A stretch of DNA of 64,000 bases from Lytechinus pictus (Eukaryota). Position 1 is the first letter of the stretch. Each line of letters opens with the position of its first letter. The notes beneath the pieces were generated by a model that saw nothing but the letters and a program-made list of their open reading frames with translations, did no database searches and had not been told where the DNA came from. Location of the stretch: assembly GCF_037042905.1 (NCBI RefSeq), contig NC_087250.1:23004001-23068000 (forward strand), written 5' to 3'. The position numbers and the translations under genes were made by a program. Below, in pieces: positions 52,159-64,000 of the stretch.

Positions 52159-52350
52159 AACCCACATGCAGCAATCCCCCATCTGTTGAAAACGCAGACC
52201 TTGATTCCACTCCAGCAGGAACAATTGGTGAAGTTTTAAGTTATTCGTGTAACGATGGCTTCATTTCGGACGGTGACTTGTCTACGACCTGTAATCGTGA
52301 TGATGGAGGAGACACAGCAAGCTATTCTTCTGTGCCAGGCAAATGCGTCG
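52159..52350 (+). CDS. Exon 8: Sushi/CCP B' copy 2 (EPTC, ISDG variant)
   Basis: cag/ ... /gtaagg, 192 nt, open, phase 1-1. Confidence 0.93.
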
Positions 52351-53098
52351 GTAAGGATTTGTCACATTATCTTTCAGATTGAGAGGTTTGCTTTTTAAAT
52401 TCTGATTCGTGTTACAAGTAAAAATCATGCGTAAAACAAACAAAAAAACGTGAACCATGTACATCAGTGGTCTGTTAATTGACATACTGTAGAAATAGAT
52501 ACATTTTAACTCCTCTCTCTCTCATTCTTTCTTTCTCTTGCTTTGAAATAACACTTGAATCCCCCAAATTGTATCAAATGAAGAGGAGTTGCAAGCTACA
52601 TGTATATAGCTCTCAGTCTTATACCCTGTTTAGATCTGTCTCTCTCTCGCGTCACACTAAACAATCGTCTGGAACGAACACGGCATAAAATCAATTGTGA
52701 AACATTTCTGTTTTTTCATCTTTTCCAACAACTTTGTATTTTTCTAGTTTTTATTTTTATCTTTTTTTGTCATAAATTTTCAATGTATCTCCTAGTTTAT
52801 ACATTTTCATCTTTTATTAATTCTTATGTGTATTTTGTTCTCTCCTTCCATTTTCATCTTGAAGATTTGTAACATATTTCTTTAATATGCTTTAACTCCC
52901 AAACAAACTCCCAAATTCCCTGGAAAAAAATCGATTCAGATACATGTAACAAAGTCAAAACAGCTCTTAAAACATACTTATTTAAATTGTACCTAGCCTC
53001 AACATAATGAACTCACCAACACTTCTCTTCCTTTCCTTTGTTTTCTCAAGTGCATAGAGACTTATTTGTTCTGTGATATGCGCAATACAAAAACTGAC

Positions 53099-53130
<32 letters not shown>

Positions 53131-53787
53131 GTTGAATTTTGAAGAATGGGAGAGGGCAAGAGTAGTTCCCTTTCATGTAAATGTAAAATTAGAATGATTA
53201 TTGTTATTTGTGCTACATTGTATTTATTATGATTATTATTATTATCTCTACTCTAATTATCATTGGTATTATAATTTCACTATTTTGATAATTTTTTGCT
53301 AAAACTTTATTTTTAATCATTACCATTATTGTGTGATTATCATCATCATCCTTTATTATCATCATTATTGTAGTCATTTTATCATTACCAGCATCATTAT
53401 TATAGTACTTGGGGCGTTGTGGTCTAGTGGTTAAGACTCTCGTCTTTCAATCTGAAGGACGTGGGTTCGATTCCAAGCTATGGCGTGTTTTCCTTCAGCA
53501 AGAAATTTATCCACATTGTGCTGCACTCAACCCAGGGTACCGGCAGGAAGCAATTCCTGAAAAAGCAGTGAGCACCGGAATCAGTAGACTATATGTAGCT
53601 TAGCCGGGGTGATATAGGAGCGCCTAGAGCACTTAGGAAGGTGGATATGTGCACTATACAAATCCTATATTATTATTTATTTATAATTTTATTACTTATA
53701 TCGTTGATATCATTTTCGTCATCATAATCATTGTAGTTCATATCACACCCGAATGAATATGCTATGCTTTTTTTTCACATTGTGCAG

Positions 53788-53979
53788 AACCCACATGCAG
53801 CAATCCCCCATCTGTTGAAAACGCAGACCTTGATTCCACTCCAGCAGGAACAATTGGTGAAGTTTTAAGTTATTCGTGTAACGATGGCTTCATTCCGGAC
53901 GGTGACTTGTCTACGACCTGTAATCGTGATGATGGAGGAGACACAGCAAGCTATTCTTCTGTGCCAGGCAAATGCGTCG
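53788..53979 (+). CDS. Exon 9: Sushi/CCP B' copy 3
   Basis: cag/ ... /gtaagg, 192 nt, open, phase 1-1. Absent from the ORF track only because an extra intronic T removes the spurious upstream start. Confidence 0.93.
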
Positions 53980-54725
53980 GTAAGGATTTGTCACATTATC
54001 TTTCAGATTGAGAGGTTTGCTTTTTAAATTCTGATTCGTGTTACAAGTAAAAATCATGCGTAAAACAAACAAAAAACATGAACCATGTACATCAGTGGTC
54101 TGTTAATTGACATACTGTAGAAATAGATACATTTTAACTCCTCTCTCTCTCTCTCATCCTTTCTCTTGCTTTGAAATAACACTTGAATCCCCCAAATTGT
54201 ATCAAATGAAGAGGAGTTGCAAACTATATGTATATAGCTCTCAGTCTTATACCCTGTTTAGATCTGTCTCTCTCTTGCGTCACACTAAACAATCATCTGG
54301 AACGAACACGGCATAAAATCAATTGTGAAACATTTCTGTTTTTTCATCTTTTCCAACAACTTTGTATTTTTCTAGTTTTATTTTTATCTTTTTTTGTCAT
54401 AAATTTTCAATGTATCTCCTAGTTTATACATTTTCATCTTTCATTAATTCTTATGTGTATTTTGTTCTCTCCTTCCATTTTCATCTTGAAGATTTGTAAC
54501 ATATTTCTTTAATATGCTTTAACTCCCAAACAAACTCCCAAATTCCCTGGAAAAAAATCGATTCAGATACATGTAACAAAGTCAAAACAGCTCTTAAAAC
54601 ATACTTATTTAAATTGTACCTAGCCTCAACATAATGAACTCACCAACACTTCTCTTCCTTTCCTTTGTTTTCTCAAGTGCATAGAGACTTATTTGTTCTG
54701 TGATATGCGCAATACAAAAACTGAC

Positions 54726-54757
<32 letters not shown>

Positions 54758-55424
54758 GTTGAATTTTGAAGAATGGGAGAGGGCAAGAGTAGTTCCCTTT
54801 CATGTAAATGTAAAATTAGAATGATTATTGTTATTTGTGCTACATTGTATTTATTATGATTATTATTATTATCTCTACTCTAATTATCATTGGTATTATA
54901 ATTTCACTATTTTTATAATTTTTTGCTAAAACTTTATTTTTAATCATTACCATTATTGTGTGATTATCATCATCATCCTTTATTATCATCATTATTGTAG
55001 TCATTTTATCATTACCAGCATCATTATTATAGTATTTGGGGCGTTGTAGTCTAGTGGTTAAGACTCTCGTCTTTCAATCTGAAGGACGTGGGTTCGATTC
55101 CAAGCCATTGCATGTTTTCCTTCAGCAAGAAATTTATCCACATTGTGCTACACTCAACCCAGGGTACCGGCAGGAAGCAATTCCTGAAAAAGCAGTGAGC
55201 ACCGGAATCAGTAGACTATATGTAGCTTAGCCGGGGTGATATAGGAGCGCCTAGAGCACTTACATGTAGGAAGGTGGATATGTGCACTATACAAGTCCTA
55301 TATTATTATTTATTTATCATTTTATTACTTGTATCGTTGATATCATTTTCGTCATCATAATCATTGTAGTTCATATCACACCCGAATGAATATCATATGC
55401 TATGCTTTTATTCACATTGTGCAG

Positions 55425-55616
55425 AACCCACATGCAGCAATCCCCCATCTGTTGAAAACGCAGCCCTTGATTCCACTCTAGCAGGAACAATTGGTGAAGT
55501 TTTAAGTTATTCGTGTAACGATGGCTTCATTCCGGACGGTGACTTGTCTACGACCTGTAATCGTGATGATGGAGGAGACACAGCAAGCTATTCTTCTGTG
55601 CCAGGCAAATGCGTCG
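55425..55616 (+). CDS. Exon 10: Sushi/CCP B' copy 4 (NAALDSTL variant)
   Basis: cag/ ... /gtaagg, 192 nt, open, phase 1-1. Confidence 0.93.
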
Positions 55617-57059
55617 GTAAGGATTTGTCACATTATCTTTCAGATTGAGAGGTTTGCTTTTTAAATTCTGATTCGTGTTACAAGTAAAAATCATGCGTAA
55701 AAAAAACAAAAAAACGTGAACCATGTACATCAGTGGTCTGTTAATTGACATACTGTAGAAATAGATACATTTTAACTCCTCTCTCTCTCTCTCTCTCTCT
55801 TTCTTTCTCTTGCTTTGAAATAACACTTGAATCCCCCAAATTGTATCAAATGAAGAGGAGTTGCAAGCTACATGTTTATAGCTCTCAGTCTTATACCCCG
55901 TTTAGATCTGTCTCTCTCTCGCGTCACACTAAACAATCATCTGGAACGAACATGGCATGAAATCAATTGTGAAACATTTCTGTTTTTTCATCTTTTCCAA
56001 CAACTATGTATTTTTCTAGTTTTATTTTTATCTTTTTTTGTCTTAAATTTTCACTGTATCTCCTAGTTTATACATTTTCATCTTTTATTAATTCTTATGT
56101 GTATTTTGTTCTCTCATTCTGTTTTCATCTTGAAGATTTCTAACATATTTCTTTAATATGCTTTAACTCCCAAACAAACTCCCAAAATCCCTGGAAAAAA
56201 ATTGATTCAGATACATGTAACAAAGTCAAAACAGCTCTTAAAACATACTTATTTAAATTGTACCTAGCCTCAACATAATGAGCTCACCAACACTTCTCCT
56301 CCTTTCCTTTGTTTTCTCAAGTGCATAGAGACTTATTTGTTCTGTGATATGCGCAATACAAAAACTGACCATTTTTATTATTATTATTATTATTATTAGG
56401 TGAATTTTGAAGAATGGGAGAGGGCAATAGTAGTTCCCTTTCATGTAAATGTAAAATTAGAATGATTATTGTTATTTGTGCTACATTGTATTTATTATGA
56501 TTATTATTATTATCTCTACTCTAATTATCATTGGTATTATAATTTCACTATTTTGATAATTTTTTGCTAAAACTTTATTTTTAATCATTACCATTATTGT
56601 GTGATTATCATCATCATCCTTTATTATCATCATTATTGTAGTCATTTTATCATTACCAGCATCATTATTATAGTATTTGGGGCGTTGTAGTCTAGTGGTT
56701 AAGACTCTCGTCTTTCAATCTGAAGGACGTGGGTTCGATTCCAAGCCATTGCATGTTTTCCTTCAGCAAGAAATTTATCCACATTGTGCTACACTCAACC
56801 CAGGGTACCGGCAGGAAGCAATTCCTGAAAAAGCAGTGAGCACCGGAATCAGTAGACTATATGTAGCTTAGCCGGGGTGATATAGGAGCGCCTAGAGCAC
56901 TTAGGAAGGTGGATATGTGCACTATACAAGTCCTATATTATTATTTATTTATCATTTTATTACTTGTATCGTTGATATCATTTTCGTCATCATAATCATT
57001 GTAGTTCATATCACACCCGAATGAATATCATATGCTATGCTTTTATTCACATTGTGCAG

Positions 57060-57251
57060 AACCCACATGCAGCAATCCCCCATCTGTTGAAAACGCAGCC
57101 CTTGATTCCACTCCAGCAGGAACAATTGGTGAAGTTTTAAGTTATTCGTGTAACGATGGCTTCATTCCGGACGGTGACTTGACTACGACCTGTAATCGTG
57201 ATGATGGAGGAGACACAGCAAGCTATTCTTCTGTGCCAGGCAAATGCGTCG
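57060..57251 (+). CDS. Exon 11: Sushi/CCP B' copy 5 (NAAL, LTTT)
   Basis: cag/ ... /gtaagg, 192 nt, open, phase 1-1. Confidence 0.93.
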
Positions 57252-58682
57252 GTAAGGATTTGTCACATTATCTTTCAGATTGAGAGGTTTTCTTTTTAAA
57301 TTCTGATTCGTGTTACAAGTAAAAATCATGCGTAAAACAAACAAAAAAACGTGAACCATGTACATCAGTGGTCTGTTAATTGACATACTGTAGAAATAGA
57401 TACATTTTAACTCCTCTCTCTCTCATTCTTTCTTTTTCTTGCTTTGAAATAACACTTGAATCCCCCAAATTGTATCAAATTAAGAGGAGTTGCAAGCTAC
57501 ATGTATATAGCTCTCAGTCTTATACCCCGTTTAGATCTGTCTCTCTCTCGCGTCACACTAAACAATCATCTGGAACGAACATGGCATAAAATCAATTGTG
57601 AAACATTTCTGTTTTTTCATCTTTTCCAACAACTATGTATTTTTCTAGTTTTATTTTTATATTTTTTTTTCATAAATTTTCAATTTATCTCCTAGTTTAT
57701 ACATTTTCATCTTTTATTAATTCTTATGTGTATTTTGTTCTCTCCTTCCGTTTTCATCTTGAAGATTTCTAACGTATTTCTATAATATGCTTTAACTCCC
57801 AAACAAACTCCCAAAATCCCTGGAAAAAAATTGATTCAGATACATGTAACAAAGTCAAAACAGCTCTTAAAACATACTTATTTAAATTGTACCTAGCCTC
57901 AACATAATGAGCTCACCAACACTTCTCTTCCTTTCCTTTGTTTTCTCAAGTGCATAGAGACTTATTTGTTCTGTAATATGCGCAATACAAAAACTGACCA
58001 TTATTAGTATTTTTATTATTATTAGGTGAATTTTGAAGAATGGGAGAGGGCAAGAGTAGTTCCCTTTCATGTTAATGTAAAATTAGAATGATTATTGTTA
58101 TTTGTGCTACATTGTATTTATTATGATTATTATTATTATCTCTACTCTAATTATCATTGGTATTATAATTTCACTATTTTTATAATTTTTAGCTAAAACT
58201 TTATTTTTAATCATTACCATTATTGTGTGATTATCATCATCATCCTTTATCATCATTATTGTAGTCATTTTATCATTACCAGCATCATTATCATAGTACT
58301 TGGGGCATTGTGGTCTAGTGGTTAAGACTCTCGTCTTTCAATCTGAAGGACGTGGGTTCGATTCCAAGCTATGGCGTGTTTTCCTTCAGCAAGAAATTTA
58401 TCCACATTGTGCTGCACTCAACCCAGGGTACCGGCAGGAAGCAATTCCTGAAAAAGCAGTGAGCACTGGAATCAGTAGACTATATGTAGCTTTGCCGGGG
58501 TGATATAGGAGCGCCTAGAGCACTTAGGAAGGTGGATATGTGCACTATACAAATCCTATATTATTATTTATTTATCATTTTATTACTTATATCGTTGATA
58601 TCATTTTCGTCATCATAATCATTGTAGTTCATATCACACCCGAATGAATATCATATGCTATGCTTTTATTCACATTGTGCAG

Positions 58683-58874
58683 AACCCACATGCAGCAATC
58701 CCCCATCTGTTGAAAACGCAGCCCTTGATTCCACTCCAGCAGGAACAATTGGTGAAGTTTTAAGTTATTCGTGTAACGATGGCTTCATTCCGGACGGTGA
58801 CTTGACTACGACCTGTAATCGTGATGATGGAGGAGACACAGCAAGCTATTCTTCTGTGCCAGGCAAATGCGTCG
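58683..58874 (+). CDS. Exon 12: Sushi/CCP B' copy 6
   Basis: cag/ ... /gtaagg, 192 nt, open, phase 1-1. Confidence 0.93.
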
Positions 58875-60311
58875 GTAAGGATTTGTCACATTATCTTTCA
58901 GATTGAGAGGTTTGCTTTTTAAATTCTGATTCGTGTTACAAGTAAAAATCATGCGTAAAACAAACAAAAAAACGTGAACCATGTACATCAGTGGTCTGTT
59001 AATTGACATACTGTAGAAATAGATACATTTTAACTCCTCTCTCTCTCATTCTTTCTTTTTCTTGCTTTGAAATAACACTTGAATCCCCCAAATTGTATCA
59101 AATTAAGAGGAGTTGCAAGCTACATGTATATAGCTCTCAGTCTTATACCCCGTTTAGATCTGTCTCTCTCTCGCGTCACACTAAACAATCATCTGGAAAA
59201 AACATGGCATAAAATCAATTGTGAAACATTTCTGTTTTTTCATCTTTTCCAACAACTATGTATTTTTCTAGTTTTATTTTTATATTTTTTTTCATAAATT
59301 TTCAATTTATCTCCTAGTTTATACATTTTCATCTTTTATTAATTCTTATGTGTATTTTGTTCTCTCCTTCCGTTTTCATCTTGAAGATTTCTAACGTATT
59401 TCTATAATATGCTTTAACTCCCAAACAAACTCCCAAATTCCCTGGAAAAAAATTGATTCAGATACAATGTACATGTAACAAAGTCAAAACAGCTCTTAAA
59501 GCATACTTATTTAAATTGTACCTAGCCTCAACATAATGAACTCACCAACACTTCTCTTCCTTTCCTTTGTTTTCTCAAGTGCATAGAGACTTATTTGTTC
59601 TGTAATATGCGCAATACAAAAACTGACCATTATTAGTATTTTTATTATTATTAGGTGAATTTTGAAGAATGGGAGAGGGCAAGAGTAGTTCCCTTTCATG
59701 TTAATGTAAAATTAGAATGATTATTGTTATTTGTGCTACATTGTATTTATTATGATTATTATTATTATCTCTACTCTAATTATCATTGGTATTATAATTT
59801 CACTATTTTTATAATTTTTAGCTAAAACTTTATTTTTAATCATTACCATTATTGTGTGATTATCATCATCATCCTTTATCATCATTATTGTAGTCATTTT
59901 ATCATTACCAGCATCATTATCATAGTACTTGGGGCATTGTGGTCTAGTGGTTAAGACTCTCGTCTTTCAATCTGAAGGACGTGGGTTCGATTCCAAGCTA
60001 TGGCGTGTTTTCCTTCAGCAAGAAATTTATCCACATTGTGCTGCACTCAACCCAGGGTACCGGCAGGAAGCAATTCCTGAAAATGCAGTGAGCACTGGAA
60101 TCAGTAGACTATATGTAGCTTAGCCGGGGTGATATAGGAGCGCCTAGAGCACTTAGGAAGGTGGATATGTGCACTATACAAATCCTATATTATTATTTAT
60201 TTATCATTTTATTACTTATATCGTTGATATCATTTTCGTCATCATAATCATTGTAGTTCATATCACACCCGAATGAATATCATATGCTATGCTTTTATTC
60301 ACATTGTGCAG

Positions 60312-60503
60312 AACCCACATGCAGCAATCCCCCATCTGTTGAAAACGCAGCCCTTGATTCCACTCCAGCAGGAACAATTGGTGAAGTTTTAAGTTATTCG
60401 TGTAACGATGGCTTCATTCCAGACGGTGACTTGACTACGACCTGTAATCGTGATGATGGAGGAGACACAGCAAGCTATTCTTCTGTGCCAGGCAAATGCG
60501 TCG
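60312..60503 (+). CDS. Exon 13: Sushi/CCP B' copy 7 (silent CCA variant)
   Basis: cag/ ... /gtaagg, 192 nt, open, phase 1-1. Confidence 0.92.
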
Positions 60504-61940
60504 GTAAGGATTTGTCACATTATCTTTCAGATTGAGAGGTTTGCTTTTTAAATTCTGATTCGTGTTACAAGTAAAAATCATGCGTAAAACAAACAAAAAA
60601 ACGTGAACCATGTACATCAGTGGTCTGTTAATTGACATACTGTAGAAATAGATACATTTTAACTCCTCTCTCTCTCATTCTTTCTTTTTCTTGCTTTGAA
60701 ATAACACTTGAATCCCCCAAATTGTATCAAATTAAGAGGAGTTGCAAGCTACATGTATATAGCTCTCAGTCTTATACCCCGTTTAGATCTGTCTCTCTCT
60801 CGCGTCACACTAAACAATCATCTGGAAAAAACATGGCATAAAATCAATTGTGAAACATTTCTGTTTTTTCATCTTTTCCAACAACTATGTATTTTTCTAG
60901 TTTTATTTTTATATTTTTTTTCATAAATTTTCAATTTATCTCCTAGTTTATACATTTTCATCTTTTATTAATTCTTATGTGTATTTTGTTCTCTCCTTCC
61001 GTTTTCATCTTGAAGATTTCTAACGTATTTCTATAATATGCTTTAACTCCCAAACAAACTCCCAAATTCCCTGGAAAAAAATTGATTCAGATACAATGTA
61101 CATGTAACAAAGTCAAAACAGCTCTTAAAGCATACTTATTTAAATTGTACCTAGCCTCAACATAATGAACTCACCAACACTTCTCTTCCTTTCCTTTGTT
61201 TTCTCAAGTGCATAGAGACTTATTTGTTCTGTAATATGCGCAATACAAAAACTGACCATTATTAGTATTTTTATTATTATTAGGTGAATTTTGAAGAATG
61301 GGAGAGGGCAAGAGTAGTTCCCTTTCATGTTAATGTAAAATTAGAATGATTATTGTTATTTGTGCTACATTGTATTTATTATGATTATTATTATTATCTC
61401 TACTCTAATTATCATTGGTATTATAATTTCACTATTTTTATAATTTTTAGCTAAAACTTTATTTTTAATCATTACCATTATTGTGTGATTATCATCATCA
61501 TCCTTTATCATCATTATTGTAGTCATTTTATCATTACCAGCATCATTATCATAGTACTTGGGGCATTGTGGTCTAGTGGTTAAGACTCTCGTCTTTCAAT
61601 CTGAAGGACGTGGGTTCGATTCCAAGCTATGGCGTGTTTTCCTTCAGCAAGAAATTTATCCACATTGTGCTGCACTCAACCCAGGGTACCGGCAGGAAGC
61701 AATTCCTGAAAAAGCAGTGAGCACTGGAATCAGTAGACTATATGTAGCTTTGCCGGGGTGATATAGGAGCGCCTAGAGCACTTAGGAAGGTGGATATGTG
61801 CACTATACAAATCCTATATTATTATTTATTTATCATTTTATTACTTATATCGTTGATATCATTTTCGTCATCATAATCATTGTAGTTCATATCACACCCG
61901 AATGAATATCATATGCTATGCTTTTATTCACATTGTGCAG

Positions 61941-62132
61941 AACCCACATGCAGCAATCCCCCATCTGTTGAAAACGCAGCCCTTGATTCCACTCCAGCAG
62001 GAACAATTGGTGAAGTTTTAAGTTATTCGTGTAACGATGGCTTCATTCCGGACGGTGACTTGACTACGACCTGTAATCGTGATGATGGAGGAGACACAGC
62101 AAGCTATTCTTCTGTGCCAGGCAAATGCGTCG
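61941..62132 (+). CDS. Exon 14: Sushi/CCP B' copy 8
   Basis: cag/ ... /gtaagg, 192 nt, open, phase 1-1. Confidence 0.92.
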
Positions 62133-63569
62133 GTAAGGATTTGTCACATTATCTTTCAGATTGAGAGGTTTGCTTTTTAAATTCTGATTCGTGTTACAAG
62201 TAAAAATCATGCGTAAAACAAACAAAAAAACGTGAACCATGTACATCAGTGGTCTGTTAATTGACATACTGTAGAAATAGATACATTTTAACTCCTCTCT
62301 CTCTCATTCTTTCTTTTTCTTGCTTTGAAATAACACTTGAATCCCCCAAATTGTATCAAATTAAGAGGAGTTGCAAGCTACATGTATATAGCTCTCAGTC
62401 TTATACCCCGTTTAGATCTGTCTCTCTCTCGCGTCACACTAAACAATCATCTGGAAAAAACATGGCATAAAATCAATTGTGAAACATTTCTGTTTTTTCA
62501 TCTTTTCCAACAACTATGTATTTTTCTAGTTTTATTTTTATATTTTTTTTCATAAATTTTCAATTTATCTCCTAGTTTATACATTTTCATCTTTTATTAA
62601 TTCTTATGTGTATTTTGTTCTCTCCTTCCGTTTTCATCTTGAAGATTTCTAACGTATTTCTATAATATGCTTTAACTCCCAAACAAACTCCCAAATTCCC
62701 TGGAAAAAAATTGATTCAGATACAATGTACATGTAACAAAGTCAAAACAGCTCTTAAAGCATACTTATTTAAATTGTACCTAGCCTCAACATAATGAACT
62801 CACCAACACTTCTCTTCCTTTCCTTTGTTTTCTCAAGTGCATAGAGACTTATTTGTTCTGTAATATGCGCAATACAAAAACTGACCATTATTAGTATTTT
62901 TATTATTATTAGGTGAATTTTGAAGAATGGGAGAGGGCAAGAGTAGTTCCCTTTCATGTTAATGTAAAATTAGAATGATTATTGTTATTTGTGCTACATT
63001 GTATTTATTATGATTATTATTATTATCTCTACTCTAATTATCATTGGTATTATAATTTCACTATTTTTATAATTTTTAGCTAAAACTTTATTTTTAATCA
63101 TTACCATTATTGTGTGATTATCATCATCATCCTTTATCATCATTATTGTAGTCATTTTATCATTACCAGCATCATTATCATAGTACTTGGGGCATTGTGG
63201 TCTAGTGGTTAAGACTCTCGTCTTTCAATCTGAAGGACGTGGGTTCGATTCCAAGCTATGGCGTGTTTTCCTTCAGCAAGAAATTTATCCACATTGTGCT
63301 GCACTCAACCCAGGGTACCGGCAGGAAGCAATTCCTGAAAATGCAGTGAGCACTGGAATCAGTAGACTATATGTAGCTTAGCCGGGGTGATATAGGAGCG
63401 CCTAGAGCACTTAGGAAGGTGGATATGTGCACTATACAAATCCTATATTATTATTTATTTATCATTTTATTACTTATATCGTTGATATCATTTTCGTCAT
63501 CATAATCATTGTAGTTCATATCACACCCGAATGAATATCATATGCTATGCTTTTATTCACATTGTGCAG

Positions 63570-63761
63570 AACCCACATGCAGCAATCCCCCATCTGTTGA
63601 AAACGCAGCCCTTGATTCCACTCCAGCAGGAACAATTGGTGAAGTTTTAAGTTATTCGTGTAACGATGGCTTCATTCCAGACGGTGACTTGACTACGACC
63701 TGTAATCGTGATGATGGAGGAGACACAGCAAGCTATTCTTCTGTGCCAGGCAAATGCGTCG
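63570..63761 (+). CDS. Exon 15: Sushi/CCP B' copy 9 (silent CCA variant)
   Basis: cag/ ... /gtaagg, 192 nt, open, phase 1-1. Confidence 0.92.
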
Positions 63762-64000
63762 GTAAGGATTTGTCACATTATCTTTCAGATTGAGAGGTTT
63801 GCTTTTTAAATTCTGATTCGTGTTACAAGTAAAAATCATGCGTAAAACAAACAAAAAAACGTGAACCATGTACATCAGTGGTCTGTTAATTGACATACTG
63901 TAGAAATAGATACATTTTAACTCCTCTCTCTCTCATTCTTTCTTTTTCTTGCTTTGAAATAACACTTGAATCCCCCAAATTGTATCAAATTAAGAGGAGT

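Larger units (their letters stand above)
50544..64000 (+). repeat. Tandem array of a ~1.63-kb exon+intron+SINE unit (8 full units plus a partial one; continues past the window)
   Basis: Exon starts 50544, 52159, 53788, 55425, 57060, 58683, 60312, 61941, 63570 (periods 1615, 1629, 1637, 1635, 1623, 1629, 1629, 1629). Confidence 0.97.

Noticed and set aside
18608..63761. Naming the gene SVEP1, complement receptor/factor H, EBR1 or hyalin
   Set aside because: No vWA, EGF, pentraxin, CUB, TSP1 or multiple HYR domains are seen, and the CCPs are divergent. No symbol is assigned.
50979..63896. Recurrent short ORFs (MKGNYSCP.., MTYCRNRY.., MGRCGLVV.., MSINRPLM..)
   Set aside because: They recur only because the unit is repeated. 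They lie in intron or SINE sequence, vary by frameshifts and have no domain features.

Overview
AT-rich, intron-containing animal genomic DNA. The repeat families resemble those of invertebrate deuterostomes such as sea urchins, but this is inference only. One protein-coding gene on the + strand can be rebuilt from splice signals. It has a CCAAT/TATA/Inr promoter (~18.3-18.5 kb), a signal-peptide exon (18608-18680), an ~18-kb TE-filled first intron, a HYR/Ig-like exon (36656-36895) and at least 13 single-domain Sushi/CCP exons, all symmetric phase 1-1. The gene runs off the right edge. From 50.5 kb on it is a near-perfect tandem array of a ~1.63-kb unit (192-nt acidic Sushi exon + intron + tRNA-derived SINE with intact A/B boxes). 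The array shows a chimeric origin, offset variant blocks and a 3258-bp dimeric higher-order repeat. The rest is transposon-derived: a young CR1/L2-group LINE (- strand), an R4/Dong-type RLE retrotransposon inside a (TAA)n tract, a decayed CR1, SINEs, and many nested non-autonomous DNA elements with readable TIRs/TSDs. Most short ORFs in the track are spurious.
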